Source of the DNA: Terrimicrobiaceae bacterium
GTDB taxonomy: Bacteria; Verrucomicrobiota; Verrucomicrobiia; Chthoniobacterales; Terrimicrobiaceae
Assembly (NCBI GenBank): GCA_044342325.1
Contig: JBIIPZ010000005.1
Location: 1-64,000, forward strand
Direction of reading: 5' to 3'
Length of the DNA: 64,000 nucleotides
Below the pieces are notes generated by a model. That model was not told the DNA's origin and made no database searches. It saw only the letters and a program-made list of their open reading frames with translations. The position numbers were made by a program, and so were the translations under genes. This document shows, piece by piece, positions 49,901 to 55,770 of the stretch. The number at the start of each line of letters is the position of its first letter. Position 1 is the first letter of the stretch.

Positions 49901-52334
49901 CCAGCGTGGTCCCTGTCGTGGCGGAGATATTTCCCCCAAGGGACCCCCCATCGCCGATCTGGAGGGTGCCGGCGGCGATGGTGGTGGTGCCGCCGAATCC
50001 AGCGCTGCTACCCGTCAGTGTGAGCGTGCTATTTCCCTGCTTGTTAAACGCTCCATTGCCAGAAAGGACGCCCGCAATCCCATGGGAGTCCGAGCGGTTC
50101 ACCGAGAGGGTTCCGTTTTGCAGAATGGCGATGTTTCCCGAGATCGAGCCCTCCGTGGAGCCGGCCCCGATTTGCAGGGTGCCGCTCTCAATGGTTGTTC
50201 CACCGGTCAGATCCAAGCCATAATGAACCAACACCGACCCGGCGCCGGTTTTTAAGACGGACCCCGTTCCATCCACAGGTGCCGAGATCGTGCCGGATTG
50301 TAGAACCAAGGAATTCGTGACAGTCAGGTCGACAAAAGAACCGCGGTTGATCGTGCCGTTGTTCAGGGTGACATTTGACAGCGTTTGATTGGTGGAATTC
50401 AGGTTGAAAATACCTCCGCCATTGATGGTTAGATTTCCCGTGGATGGAATGGATACACCGGCTCCGAGCTCGAGGATTCCTTGTTCTATTCTGGTCTCTC
50501 CCGTGTAAGTCGAGTTGCTGCTGAGAACAAGCTTACCCACACCGACCTTCACGAGACCCAAGGAGCCACCGCCCACACCGGTGCTGTCCGTGATCGGAGT
50601 CGACAAATCCACCGAAATATAGCCGTTCGGCCCCGTGACATCGAAGCCCACATTCGATCCTGCCAAAAATCCACCGGCACTATTCGTGCGATTCGTGCTC
50701 AATCCCGAAAGCACCGAGGTCACTTCATTCGATGTGAAGGATCCGTTTTTGCCCATACCCATCAAGAATGTGGCTCCACTCTCCACTACAATCTTGTTGC
50801 TGCTCCAATCCGCCACAGTTCCGTTGTAGAGCGAAGTGGTGGTCCCGAAGGAAAGTCCTCCTGATTCAATGATTGTGTTGCCTGTGTAGGTGTTGTTACC
50901 GAAGAGAAATGTGATGGCCGTTCCGTTTTGCGTCAGGGAGCCGGTTCCGGATATGTTGCTGGTGAGGTTATTATCCACGGAACGCGCAAATACGAGTGAT
51001 GAATTATTCACAATCCCGCCGTATGGAAGATACCCGCCGCTGCCTCCGAACACCAACGTGCCCGAGGAAATCGTCATTGGCACAGCGTTAGAAAAGTTCC
51101 CGGTCAGATTGGTGGTTCCTGATCCGATATGATTGATCGCCACATTATTGAAGACATCCAAACCGATAGTAGCGGTTCCATTGTGATTGATATTCCAAGT
51201 TCCGTTGGAATCTTGCGGAGTCCCAATTTGAAGAACTTGCAAGTTTCCCGCTGAGGTGCCGTTTCCGTAATTAAAAACCGCATCATTAGAGAGGTCGATT
51301 CCACCGGCGGCGAGAGTGCCACCCGTCAGATTGATGACCGCATTCGCTCCATCGGCACCGATACCTTGATTTACATTGGTAATATCTTGGATTGTGGTAT
51401 TTCCGCCGGAAATATTCAGCGTGCCATTGTTGCCTATGCTGAATGCTCCGGCTACGGAAAACTCCCCGCCATGGATGTTGATTTCCCCGCTGCCGTTTCC
51501 TCCGCCGATGGTCATACCAGTCCAACCAGCAGTTTGTTGCAGCTTTCCAATGTTCAAATTGATGATGGCCGTTCCATTGCCAGTGCCAATATCCACTTGA
51601 TTGGCAAGGGTCAGGTTACCACCATTCACATTCACAGTTCCTGCCCCTTCTTCCCTAATGTAGAAGCCGCCAACGACATCCATATCACCCGCCCCGATGT
51701 TCAAGGTCCCATTGGAACCAGCAGAGTCGGCAATGCCCATACTCGAATTTTGAGTAATACTGCCGCCTAGCAATGCCACAGTCCCTTGTTCGATAGCGAC
51801 GTAGCGAGCGATGGTGTTGTTGCCCGAAAGATTTAAAAAGAGGGTTCCGTTGCCTTCTTTGATAAATCCATCCGTGCCTGTGGCAAATTGGGTAAGGGTT
51901 AACCCCGCTGCGTTCTCCACAGAAATGATGTTATCGTCCCCATCATTGGGATCCAGCTTCAGCGCCGACTGGATTAAGACAGCTCCAGCGCCGGCATTGA
52001 TTTGAATGGCAGAAGGACTGCCGCCACCATCAGAGGCGCTAAGTGTAAGAATGTAGTTTCCGCCGGGCGCGATGGTGAGGTTTCCGGCTCCCGAGGTGCC
52101 GTTCGCAGTCAGGCGGAAAATCGTGTAATTCGCCCCCAGCGTGCTGGTGTAATCGCTGCTGCTACCATTAAAAATAACGCCATCGCCGCTTCCGGGTTGC
52201 TGACTGGGGGACCAGCTCGCATTGTTAGTCCAAGTGCCGTCGGTTGTGTTCCAAGTCAGGTTCGCTCCGCTGCTAACGGACGAGACGACGAGAAAGAGCG
52301 TTAAGAAAACCGCAGTAAACAAACGATTTTTCAT
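37983..52334 (-). CDS. Giant type Va autotransporter / adhesin-like surface protein (~4783 aa) with PATR beta-strand repeats
   Basis: Signal peptide MKNRLFTAVFLTLFLVVSSVSSGA from ATG 52334 (upstream starts possible). Many L.K.G.GTL.L.G.NTYTG.T.I..G.L repeats, LSPGNSPGTL, and a C-terminal beta-barrel (GADYRL...YADA...AQYTY...LGFSF ending in Phe). Confidence 0.95.
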   Translation of the reverse strand: MKNRLFTAVFLTLFLVVSSVSSGANLTWNTTDGTWTNNASWSPSQQPGSGDGVIFNGSSSDYTSTLGANYTIFRLTANGTSGAGNLTIAPGGNYILTLSASDGGGSPSAIQINAGAGAVLIQSALKLDPNDGDDNIISVENAAGLTLTQFATGTDGFIKEGNGTLFLNLSGNNTIARYVAIEQGTVALLGGSITQNSSMGIADSAGSNGTLNIGAGDMDVVGGFYIREEGAGTVNVNGGNLTLANQVDIGTGNGTAIINLNIGKLQQTAGWTGMTIGGGNGSGEINIHGGEFSVAGAFSIGNNGTLNISGGNTTIQDITNVNQGIGADGANAVINLTGGTLAAGGIDLSNDAVFNYGNGTSAGNLQVLQIGTPQDSNGTWNINHNGTATIGLDVFNNVAINHIGSGTTNLTGNFSNAVPMTISSGTLVFGGSGGYLPYGGIVNNSSLVFARSVDNNLTSNISGTGSLTQNGTAITFLFGNNTYTGNTIIESGGLSFGTTTSLYNGTVADWSSNKIVVESGATFLMGMGKNGSFTSNEVTSVLSGLSTNRTNSAGGFLAGSNVGFDVTGPNGYISVDLSTPITDSTGVGGGSLGLVKVGVGKLVLSSNSTYTGETRIEQGILELGAGVSIPSTGNLTINGGGIFNLNSTNQTLSNVTLNNGTINRGSFVDLTVTNSLVLQSGTISAPVDGTGSVLKTGAGSVLVHYGLDLTGGTTIESGTLQIGAGSTEGSISGNIAILQNGTLSVNRSDSHGIAGVLSGNGAFNKQGNSTLTLTGSSAGFGGTTTIAAGTLQIGDGGSLGGNISATTGTTLAYNSIGEAFLDGLSGNGTLVQAGNGTLIVASDLPGFTGSTQIQSGTLQLGNGGSTGLISANITNNGTLALNRSDDFTFSTNSSGTGVLLKLGSNTVTLNRTQSNTGGTVVDSGTFVLSSDNLLATSGNLAVNNAGTLSLGSNNQTLSTLTLNGGNITGTGTLTANTGFNIQSGSISALLAGTGGVVKSSVGNFSITGNNTYSGKTIVEDGTVSFDNASATGTNTQALGTNASVDLGVALSTSGTLNYTGAAGTFAKNIKALGSGNNTVMNTGSGLLTLTGTLTKNGTILVLAGGAGGIQVNGVIAGSAENSDLILNGGNITLNATNTYNGPTFLNNGAFLSLAVANALPGDLIIDATSSVAFGANQTIEALSGVAGSTIDIGSYTLTMGSNATDSLYEGGIEGSGKVVKTGTNAITLSGTNTYNGTTTINGGVLVFGTPASLYNGDNSTWTGDNIIVNSGGAFALSVGANGSFSEEQALSIFQTLTSNATAGGILDGGSVGLDVTGEMSLTEVTADREGGGAVGFVKLGDGSLTLTGNNTYTGATDIRGGTLSLASSDLLVATGNLTVQGGTLALGSNNQTFNRVTLAEGSITGNGGTLTASGYAVQSGTATANLAGNATLAKTGAGTAILSGNNTYTGSTTISAGALTFLTSTSLYGGDSARWTSGNITAATGSTMALGVGGTDAFSSSNIDTLVTNLTQSQTTSGGIAAGARIGLDTSGGDASLSTIFKDRTGTGSGTLSLVKLGSGTLSLTGNNSYTGGTFIETGTLSGNSLGLKGNITNNGTLLLGTYGTYQTEVSGNGNLLVGNSANMILAGNATMTGGTTIQSGTLTIGGVIDPTNPYSPSSYRAGSLSGNVANEGSLVFDLSLYAGTRTYNGIISGNGRLSTTFTYPHYPSGANGTLVLTGNNTFTGGTSVSIGTVDISGGTLASTGSVTVSNIGTFAIGSSNQIIGNFTIGYGSVTGSGSLTAQSYDLQHGSIAPGLAGTAGLEKNAYGYSSQSISYDNGRVYLTGNNTSSGNITINSGILSFDNVQSLYSGNNASWTKEKISVSANATLSLGTGIGTATSGFNNAQITEIFSNLTQNGTGGLAANAKIGLNTISDFTLTTTITDRPDGGVLGLDKIGDGNLILDANNTFTGELSIFEGTVTLGRNNALRTSSDLVVDSKSSASYGFNVGNYSQQFVDITLKEGLLAGGSGAFIATGNYTMVKGNATANLSGNASLIKTNTSGSSYYVSEPEIVFLSGNNSYTGRTTVDGLAWSGTQSPSPSSNSGAPTKDNAKLQFQTVGSLYGGNATLWTPENISVDSYGIFSLRTGSAGFDGTQVSTLIQNLITANRSTGGFLDKSVLGIDTNGEDLVINDDIGDTTGLTSGGGAVGLVKYGSGTLTLNGNSTRSFSTSVTGGNLVLGANATLSSASANLLVDNALLNMDATNQTVRKVTVTSGSILGSGTLTSSADGFVFGSANITANLAGAVGATIDQGTTILSGNNTYTGNTTMGYSATLSLANVNALSGSTLVVLSNYSGPLQLSVGGTNTYNFGGLSGTGNITTGSNSLTIGANSQNSTYSGNLSGTGSITKTGNGTLTLTGNNTYTGGTTISSGTLSISSNGSISHASVDTNIGNGTLNLASGSISNARGNIGVNADNTGVANVSGGNWTNSNYFTVGDSGDGTLNLSGGLISNTGNYSYIGASSGSSGVANVSGGNWTNANEFRVGSSGNGTLNITGGTVTNVVGFVATFNGTTGVVNVSGGTWSNSDRLRLGRYGNGTLNLTGGNVSIAGGAGNLTVAVNTSSTGILNIGNGSTVGNLQAARVTAGNGTAIVNFNHSGTHAFSPIMEGNLAVNKLGAGTTTLSGNNTYTGGTFITSGTLEGNTQSLQGAITNNASVVFNQTTNGTYSGVLSGSGEFAKTGAGTLTVSGNSSSFNGTAAINSGTVSLTGSMAGATTAINSGGTLTGNGSLGAVTINSGGTIAPGNSAGIITTGNMTWNSGGTYAWELGNANSTAGTGWDLMSSTGSLTIGANSTNKFTIAASTTNGSGFDPNVKNASWKIAEFAGGISGFSADAFNITTTGFENLPAIYGFGVSSNGTALNFSYATVATWIGGTGNWTNTANWETGFAAINGVTVDYAGTNGTSTNDSTVGNINALVFTNNATGSFTLTGGNLTIGEGGITNNSNSTQTIALNLRLGADQTFAANTANLVVSGNISGGISHQTYEGFTLTKEGNQTLTLSGANTYSGSTTVNAGTLLVEGAVRDVTNNATFTVQSSGVAGSVDNLAGATGTNNGTVASLANAGTFTNGGNITADATTSGTLTSTGRIGGTFGVDGGLATIGAGGQVAGTSTITSGTLDVSGTVAGVTNNATLTIQQSGVAGSVTNLAGATGTNNGTAASLANAGTFTNSGNITGNATTSGTLSSTGRIGGTLGVDGGLATIGAGGQVAGTSTITSGTLDVSGTVAGVTNNASLTIQQSGIAESVTNLAGATGTNNGTAASLANAGTFTNSGNITGNATTSEMLSSTGRISGTLGVESGSATIGAGGQVEGSSTITSGTLDVSGTVAGVTNNATLTIQQGGIAGSVSNLAPATGTNNGTAASLANAGTFTNSGNITGNATTSGTLSSTGTIGGTLGVDGGLATIGAGGQVAGTSTITSGTLDVSGTVAGVSNNATLTIQQGGIAGSVTNLVGATVTNNGTAASLANAGTFTNRGNITGDLLSFDGAVTVAQSGQVSGNTTIGDGEFVVAGSVAAVTSNALLRVEQSGVAGNVVNLGNGTATNNGTVALLLNSGSFTNSGNITGEVISFGTLFNSGNIGGALTVGGGETTISGTVAGPTAISAGVLQGTGTLGSVSLNSGGTIAPGTGNGTATLTVGNSLWNGGGIYNWQTSSLNGTAGSDWDLITSGGMLTLNATSANPISFTLSTLGIATLADVKKASWEVGSFEGGISGFEKKAFAFDPAGMAGNDGRYFMSLGANNTALVLNYKSAATWITGSGNWTIATQWEDEAFPENGDEVEFAGPGGTSTNNFAAASLSSISGFNFVEGAGAYTVNGNTLQIGEDGIINASSNLQTIGMDLTAGDVLKVDAAAADIEISGIISGNSALTKNGSSTLSLSGNNTYSGLTTISAGTLALGGTAGAISSNISVDSGATFAVNRTNEAIISNVISGAGSFAQVGSGVTRLRATNTYTGGTTISEGKLWVEAPQALGTGSVTLDGGKLLVTSSQESIMGNLTLSIGGNLDWTGGRIAFFDTGSSPLAQDLKINVAGNFTVSTLGNATFDFSEVQALDSGAYTLVSTNGTVTADNGKFTAAHGEYTKLFGSFTTTNKTVVYTVTGAESTGPNIENNGGPNTPVVADYDVTQATITKGQTNIVNALKFGNNAPLAIETGGKLIVTSGVLNVQSGASVVSGGTVVTPGNFDKLGTGELDVQSNMSVNGTALVNAGLLSVNGQLAANEVVVDPLASLGGAGLIITQNVVVLGNLSPGNSPGTLSIAGNLLLSDGSSTVIEIASPTNFDRIVVSGQATLGGTLEAQSYEGAKITPGTRYDFLQAGSIVGEFDSIVVPDGLRGRFLNLGTVGSLLFGPESFVPYALNPNQRNVAKALDSFVLATEGDAVLVGTALDSLTTEQFPAAFDQIMPGFYESLGDILIEQTYNQTQLLTQRLGTLRLGATGFQSIGLSQPIKYDKDGKSTADAKTASPIVESAIETNWNAWVMANGEFSISRGLAGVPNYNNNAGGFLVGADYRLSENFVAGLFAGYEYSYAKYNGGSSTRGNSALFGLYGSYTHEDGYYADAIVSGGYTGFQTRRSIEFGSIDRTARANPNSGQFSAALNLGKDFEVGKFTLGPIIGAQYTYAGIGGFTETGADSLDLALGEQNANSLRTNLGARLAYNWEVATNTTLIPEVRGFWMHEFLNEPRNISSALEGGSGPSFDYETSAPYSNSVFGGAGISAKVGDRWSASVFYNVNFGAEGYTNNIISTSLGFSF
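41790..43145 (-). repeat. About 4.5 tandem copies of a 303-bp (101-aa) unit inside the autotransporter
   Basis: Unit VTNNATLTIQQSGVAGSVTNLAGATGTNNGTAASLANAGTFTNSGNITGNATTSGTLSSTGRIGGTLGVDGGLATIGAGGQVAGTSTITSGTLDVSGTVAG recurs. DNA-level similarity shows as shadow ORFs spaced 303 bp apart (42361/42664, 41951/42254). Confidence 0.93.
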
Positions 52335-52695
52335 GGAGTGGTTGTGAGGTGTTTTGCACTGGCTGGCGTAAAAATTTTTCATGGCAATGAAGTCAAGGCG
52401 GGTATTCGCCCCGGAGTTTATCGAGTTGGATTTTTGGAAAATGTTTTTCATGTCGGGCAGAATTCTGTTCGAGCCAAAATGCCACAGAATCGCTCTGGCC
52501 CTCGCTCGGCGAGGCATCAGACAAAGCGGAAATGTTGGCGTGAAGTCTCGTCGGGGTTAGTATTTCCACTCAAGACAAACCTAAAGCTATGGTATTAAAT
52601 CAGAAATTATAGGGAGTGGACAAGAAGATAATGGCGTAGTTTTTGAAGCACGCGGAGCAGGCACTCGGGAGAATCTGGCTGATCGCTGGAGAGGT

Positions 52696-52873
52696 CTCTC
52701 ACAGAGGCACCAAGACACGGAGGGGGGCGTGTGGCGGAATTTTGAAAAAATTTCGAGGGTGGTGGCGGGGTGGCATCCACTGTGGTCGAAAGCCGCTCCG
52801 GCTTCCGCTACGAGTATGCGTCGCGGTTTGGAAAATCTGAAAATACTCCGTGTTCCCCGTGGCTCTGTGAGAG
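52696..52873. repeat. CACAGAG-family inverted-repeat element (MITE-like), copy 1
   Basis: CTCTCACAGAGGCACCAAGACACGGAG (52696-52722) is an imperfect inverted repeat of CTCCGTGTTCCCCGTGGCTCTGTGAGAG (ending 52873). Confidence 0.75.
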
Positions 52874-52936
52874 CAAAAATGCGCTGGGCGAGATGGCGTC
52901 GGCGGAGCGTTGCCCTCCAAAATGGCGCTTGGGAAC

Positions 52937-53260
52937 CTATTCGGCTGGGAAAGTTTCGTCTTCTTTCAGTCGGGCTTGCCAACGGCGGGGGTGGCGCTTG
53001 CCGTGAATGACGGCGACGATCGAGATAAAATCCGGGAAGACACGATAGATGATCAAATAAGGAAATCGCCGGGGCAAGGCCATTCGGGCCTGACGGTGCA
53101 CGATTGGAAATAGTGTGGGCTGGCGGGAAATCAAAGCAAGACAGGCATCCACACTTCGCACAAACTCGGCTCCCAACCCGAGAGAACGCCGTTCATACCA
53201 AAGAGCTGCCTCGGCCATATCGGCTTCGGCTTCCTCCCGGAAAATGACTGGCAAACTCAC
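52937..53260 (-). CDS. RelE/ParE family type II toxin
   Basis: From GTG 53260 (GTGA overlap with the antitoxin stop): PVIFREEAEADMAEAALWYERRSLGLGAEF...RRFPYLIIY...VAVIHGKRHPRRW. Confidence 0.9.
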   Translation of the reverse strand: MSLPVIFREEAEADMAEAALWYERRSLGLGAEFVRSVDACLALISRQPTLFPIVHRQARMALPRRFPYLIIYRVFPDFISIVAVIHGKRHPRRWQARLKEDETFPAE

Positions 53261-53475
53261 AGGGAGGCCAGGATTTTTTCGCGAACAGTGCTCCACGGTG
53301 TTCCGTGGCTGGGATTTTTTTCCAACGCATCCAATCGGCGGTCCAGTTCGGCGATGTGCTGCGGGGAAAGGCCAATCGGTGATGTTTCAGCAGCAATGGA
53401 ATCCCACAGATCCTCGACGAGTTGGATTTTCTCGGAAACGGGGAGTTGTTTCAGATCTTCAATGGTCGCTGACAT
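53257..53475 (-). CDS. Addiction module antitoxin (TIGR02574-like)
   Basis: From ATG 53475: LKQLPVSEKIQLVEDLWDSI...QHIAELDRRL......P..G.PWSTVREKI. Confidence 0.9.
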   Translation of the reverse strand: MSATIEDLKQLPVSEKIQLVEDLWDSIAAETSPIGLSPQHIAELDRRLDALEKNPSHGTPWSTVREKILASL

Positions 53476-53557
53476 ATTGCTACAGTTAAAATGAATGCTT
53501 CCCAAGAGCAAACATTTATGCGCGTGCAAGGAATTTCGAAGACATTTCGGGGACCCT

Positions 53558-53694
53558 GGCGCTCCAGCGCATTGGAGATGGTCATCATCTTGCATGACCC
53601 ATTTTTCAGCCGCTCTCCGGCTCGTAGAGCCTACGGGTCGGAGAGCAGCGGTGCCAGAGGGGGGCATGGTCGTCTCGACCGCGCAGACGCGAGG
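53558..53694. repeat. Composite REP-like element (partial A, B, hairpin with 33-bp insert, C)
   Basis: GGCGCTCCAGCGCATTGGAGATGGTCATCATCTTGCATGACCCATTTTTCAGCCGCTCTCCGGCTCGTAGAGCCTACGGGTCGGAGAGCAGCGG...GGGGCATGGTCGTCTCGACCG. Confidence 0.88.
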
Positions 53695-53703
53695 GCGGAG
53701 GGA

Positions 53704-53799
53704 TCACGCGGAGGCACCAACGCGCGGAGGGGGAGTCTGAGCGGAAATGTTGACCGGAAATTCTGAAAATACTCCGCGTTCCCCGTGGCTCTGTGAGAG
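53704..53799. repeat. CACAGAG-family inverted-repeat element, copy 2
   Basis: 53762-53799 matches 52836-52873 at 37/38 nt. The left arm TCACGCGGAGGCACCAACGCGCGGAGG resembles 52699-52723. Confidence 0.8.
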
Positions 53800-53852
53800 G
53801 GAAAATGCGGAGGGTAGTGGGCTCACGCGTAGGCAAAGATGGAAAAAATCTC

Positions 53853-53880
53853 TTGATCGTATATTTTTTAAATATACATT
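53853..53880 (+). promoter_or_regulatory. Putative sigma70 promoter with palindromic operator for brnT-brnA
   Basis: TTGATC (53853-53858), 16-nt spacer, TACATT (53875-53880). Inverted repeat GTATATTT-N3-AAATATAC (53859-53877) fills the spacer. Confidence 0.6.
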
Positions 53881-53886
53881 GATAGG

Positions 53887-54186
53887 GTGATTGATTGGTC
53901 ACAGATCGTCGGTTTTGAATGGGATTCCGGAAATGCCTTAAAGAGTGTCGATAAGCACGGGGTCTCCTGCGATGAGGCGGAATCTCTTTTTGCCGAAGAT
54001 GAAATCCTCGTTCTCAAGGACGAGCTACACTCTCAAACCGAGGAGCGGTGGCATGCTTTCGGTCGATCCAATCAAGAGCGACTTCTGAGCATCACATTTA
54101 CAGTTCGCGAAAATTTGTTGCGTGTGATTTCGGCAAGGCCGATGAACAAGAAAGAAAGGAAACACTATGCGTTCGATCAAAAATAA
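53887..54186 (+). CDS. BrnT family toxin
   Basis: GFEWDSGN..KS..KHGVS..EAE..F...DELHSQTEERW...G......L.I.FT.R...LRVISARPMNKKERK.Y. Confidence 0.93.
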   Translation: MIDWSQIVGFEWDSGNALKSVDKHGVSCDEAESLFAEDEILVLKDELHSQTEERWHAFGRSNQERLLSITFTVRENLLRVISARPMNKKERKHYAFDQK

Positions 54187-54397
54187 GCAGGTCGTTCGGG
54201 AAGATGGCACGAGCACCGACCATTTGGATTTGTCCAAGGCGGTGCGTGTCTCGATGCCGAATTTGAAATTTTCCACTGAAACCATTTCCCTGCGGATGCC
54301 GGTGGCATTGCTAAACACCATCCGGCAGGAGGCCAATCGTCAGGACATCCCCTACCAAAGCCTGATCAAAATGAGCTTGGCTGATAAGTTTAGCTGA
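54167..54397 (+). CDS. BrnA/CopG-like antitoxin
   Basis: DLSKAVRVSMPNLKFSTETISLRMPVALLNTIRQEANRQDIPYQSLIKM; overlaps the brnT end. Confidence 0.88.
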   Translation: MRSIKNKQVVREDGTSTDHLDLSKAVRVSMPNLKFSTETISLRMPVALLNTIRQEANRQDIPYQSLIKMSLADKFS

Positions 54398-54442
54398 AGA
54401 CTGCGGTCCTTCTCGGCCCTGAGTGGACGGTCAGTTCCTCTC

Positions 54443-54472
54443 AATCCTGCTGATCCTGTCATCCTGTCTAAA
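54443..54472. repeat. ATCCTG-type short repeat unit (second copy at ~55635-55675)
   Basis: AATCCTGCTGATCCTGTCATCCTGTCTAAA versus CCTCCTGATCCTCCTGTCATCCTGTCCAAAA. Confidence 0.65.
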
Positions 54473-54533
54473 TGCGGTTTTGGGTTAATTTCCGCTGGAA
54501 AATCATGCCGTGGTGTATTAGAGAAGAGAATCA

Positions 54534-54734
54534 ATGAGTTCTCAAACCTTGCTCTCGGAAATCGAAAGCGCCCCGGAGGAAATCCGGCGCGAGGTTTGGG
54601 ATTTTTTGAAGTTCTTGAAAAGCCGACAGGCTGCGGGACCAGAAAGGGAGGATTCCCTGCTGCCTCTGGCTCAAACGGCGTGGGGCCCTGATTGGAACTC
54701 GGCCGAGGAGGACGAGGCATGGAAGGACTTGTAG
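54534..54734 (+). CDS. DUF2281-like antitoxin
   Basis: LLSEIESAPEEIRREVWDFLKFLK...DWNSAEEDEAWKDL; overlaps the MazF-like gene. Confidence 0.82.
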   Translation: MSSQTLLSEIESAPEEIRREVWDFLKFLKSRQAAGPEREDSLLPLAQTAWGPDWNSAEEDEAWKDL

Positions 54735-55060
54735 CGGGCGATGCGGTGACCGTGCCGTTCCCTTTTACGGATTTCAGTAGCCAAAAGGTTCGCCCCGCTC
54801 TGATCCTGGCTGTGTTGGATCGCGGGGATGTGCAGCTTTGCCAAATCACTAGCCAACCTCTGACGCATAAAAACGCGATACCTGTCTACGGATCAGATTT
54901 TTTCGCCTGAGGATTGCCGAAGCAAAGTTTCCTTTTGCCCCATAGGCTGGTCACTGCCAGTAGCAGCATCGTTCGCCGGGTGGCAGGCCAGCTCACGGAA
55001 ATCTGCCAAGCTGTTTGCGCCGTGGTGCGTGGAGAGCTCGGCAACGCCCAGAAAGGGTAG
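54719..55060 (+). pseudogene. PemK/MazF family toxin with an internal nonsense codon (TGA 54908-54910)
   Basis: MEGLVAGDAVTVPFPFTDFSSQKVRPALIL...LCQITSQ...DFFA*GLPKQSFLLPHRLVTASSSIVRRVAGQLT...KG*. Family-like sequence continues in frame after the stop. Confidence 0.85.
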
Positions 55061-55135
55061 AAGTCTCCAGCGGGTGGATTGGTTCTAGCTGGCGAGGGTG
55101 TCTGAAAGTGGTTCCGAGCAGGTTGTGGCTGATAT

Positions 55136-55366
55136 TTGGGCCATGCCGGAGGATGGGCCCTCCCATGGTTTCGCGCTCCAACGCGTTGGGTGATCGTTTC
55201 GCATGACCCATTTCTCAGCCGCCCTCCGGCTCGTAGAGCCTACGGGTCGGAGAGCAGCGGCGTCCGAGTGGGGCATGGTCGTCCCGACCGTGCGGACGCG
55301 GAGCTTGGTTTGTCAGCGGTGAAGCTGCCAAGCAAGTGTCTTTTACGGTCGGGACGGCCGTGCCCC
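55136..55366. repeat. Composite REP-like cluster (inverted B, B, hairpin with 33-bp insert, C, inverted C)
   Basis: 55136-55168 matches 1801-1831. 55173-55300 matches the 53558 and 37689 copies. 55345-55366 is an inverted module C. Confidence 0.85.
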
Positions 55367-55436
55367 CTTGGGGAAGCAGCAGGAAATTACCCGGTGAGGT
55401 CTTGAAAAGTGAATTTATGAGGCACGCATTCGACGC

Positions 55437-55770
55437 ATGCAGTTGGAATTCGACCCGGCCAAGGAAGCTGCCAATTTGGCCAAGCACGGCGTGGATTTTT
55501 CCACGGTCCTGCGGGTTTTTGAAGAACCCGATCCCAGCATGATTAACCACAGAGGACACAGAGATCACTGAGAATGAGTTTTTTGCAATTTCACTTAATT
55601 CCAGTGGCTTGTTCAATTCCCAAAACCCTTCAGACATTCCTGTCCCTCCTGATCCTCCTGTCATCCTGTCCAAAATCTTTTTGCGGGTTGCGAATCCCAA
55701 GCGCGTGATCGGTGCTGGATACTGGAGGAAGCAGAAGAGCGCCTATGAAAACCAAAAGCAAAAAACTTAA
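55437..55770 (+). pseudogene. Disrupted BrnT family toxin (N- and C-terminal fragments separated by repeat DNA)
   Basis: ATG 55437 gives MQLEFDPAKEAANLAKHGVDFSTVLRVFEEPD, then runs into a CACAGAG repeat and stops at 55571. 55702-55770 reads RVIGAGYWRKQKSAYENQKQKT* and overlaps the antitoxin start. Confidence 0.8.

Noticed and set aside
37983..52334. Diversity-generating retroelement or phase-variation target in the autotransporter
   Set aside because: No reverse transcriptase, no adenine-specific template/variable repeat pair and no long simple-sequence tract was noticed.
54908..54910. Selenocysteine or alternative-code readthrough of the TGA in mazF
   Set aside because: The position corresponds to Gly rather than Cys, and TGA terminates many normal genes in this window.
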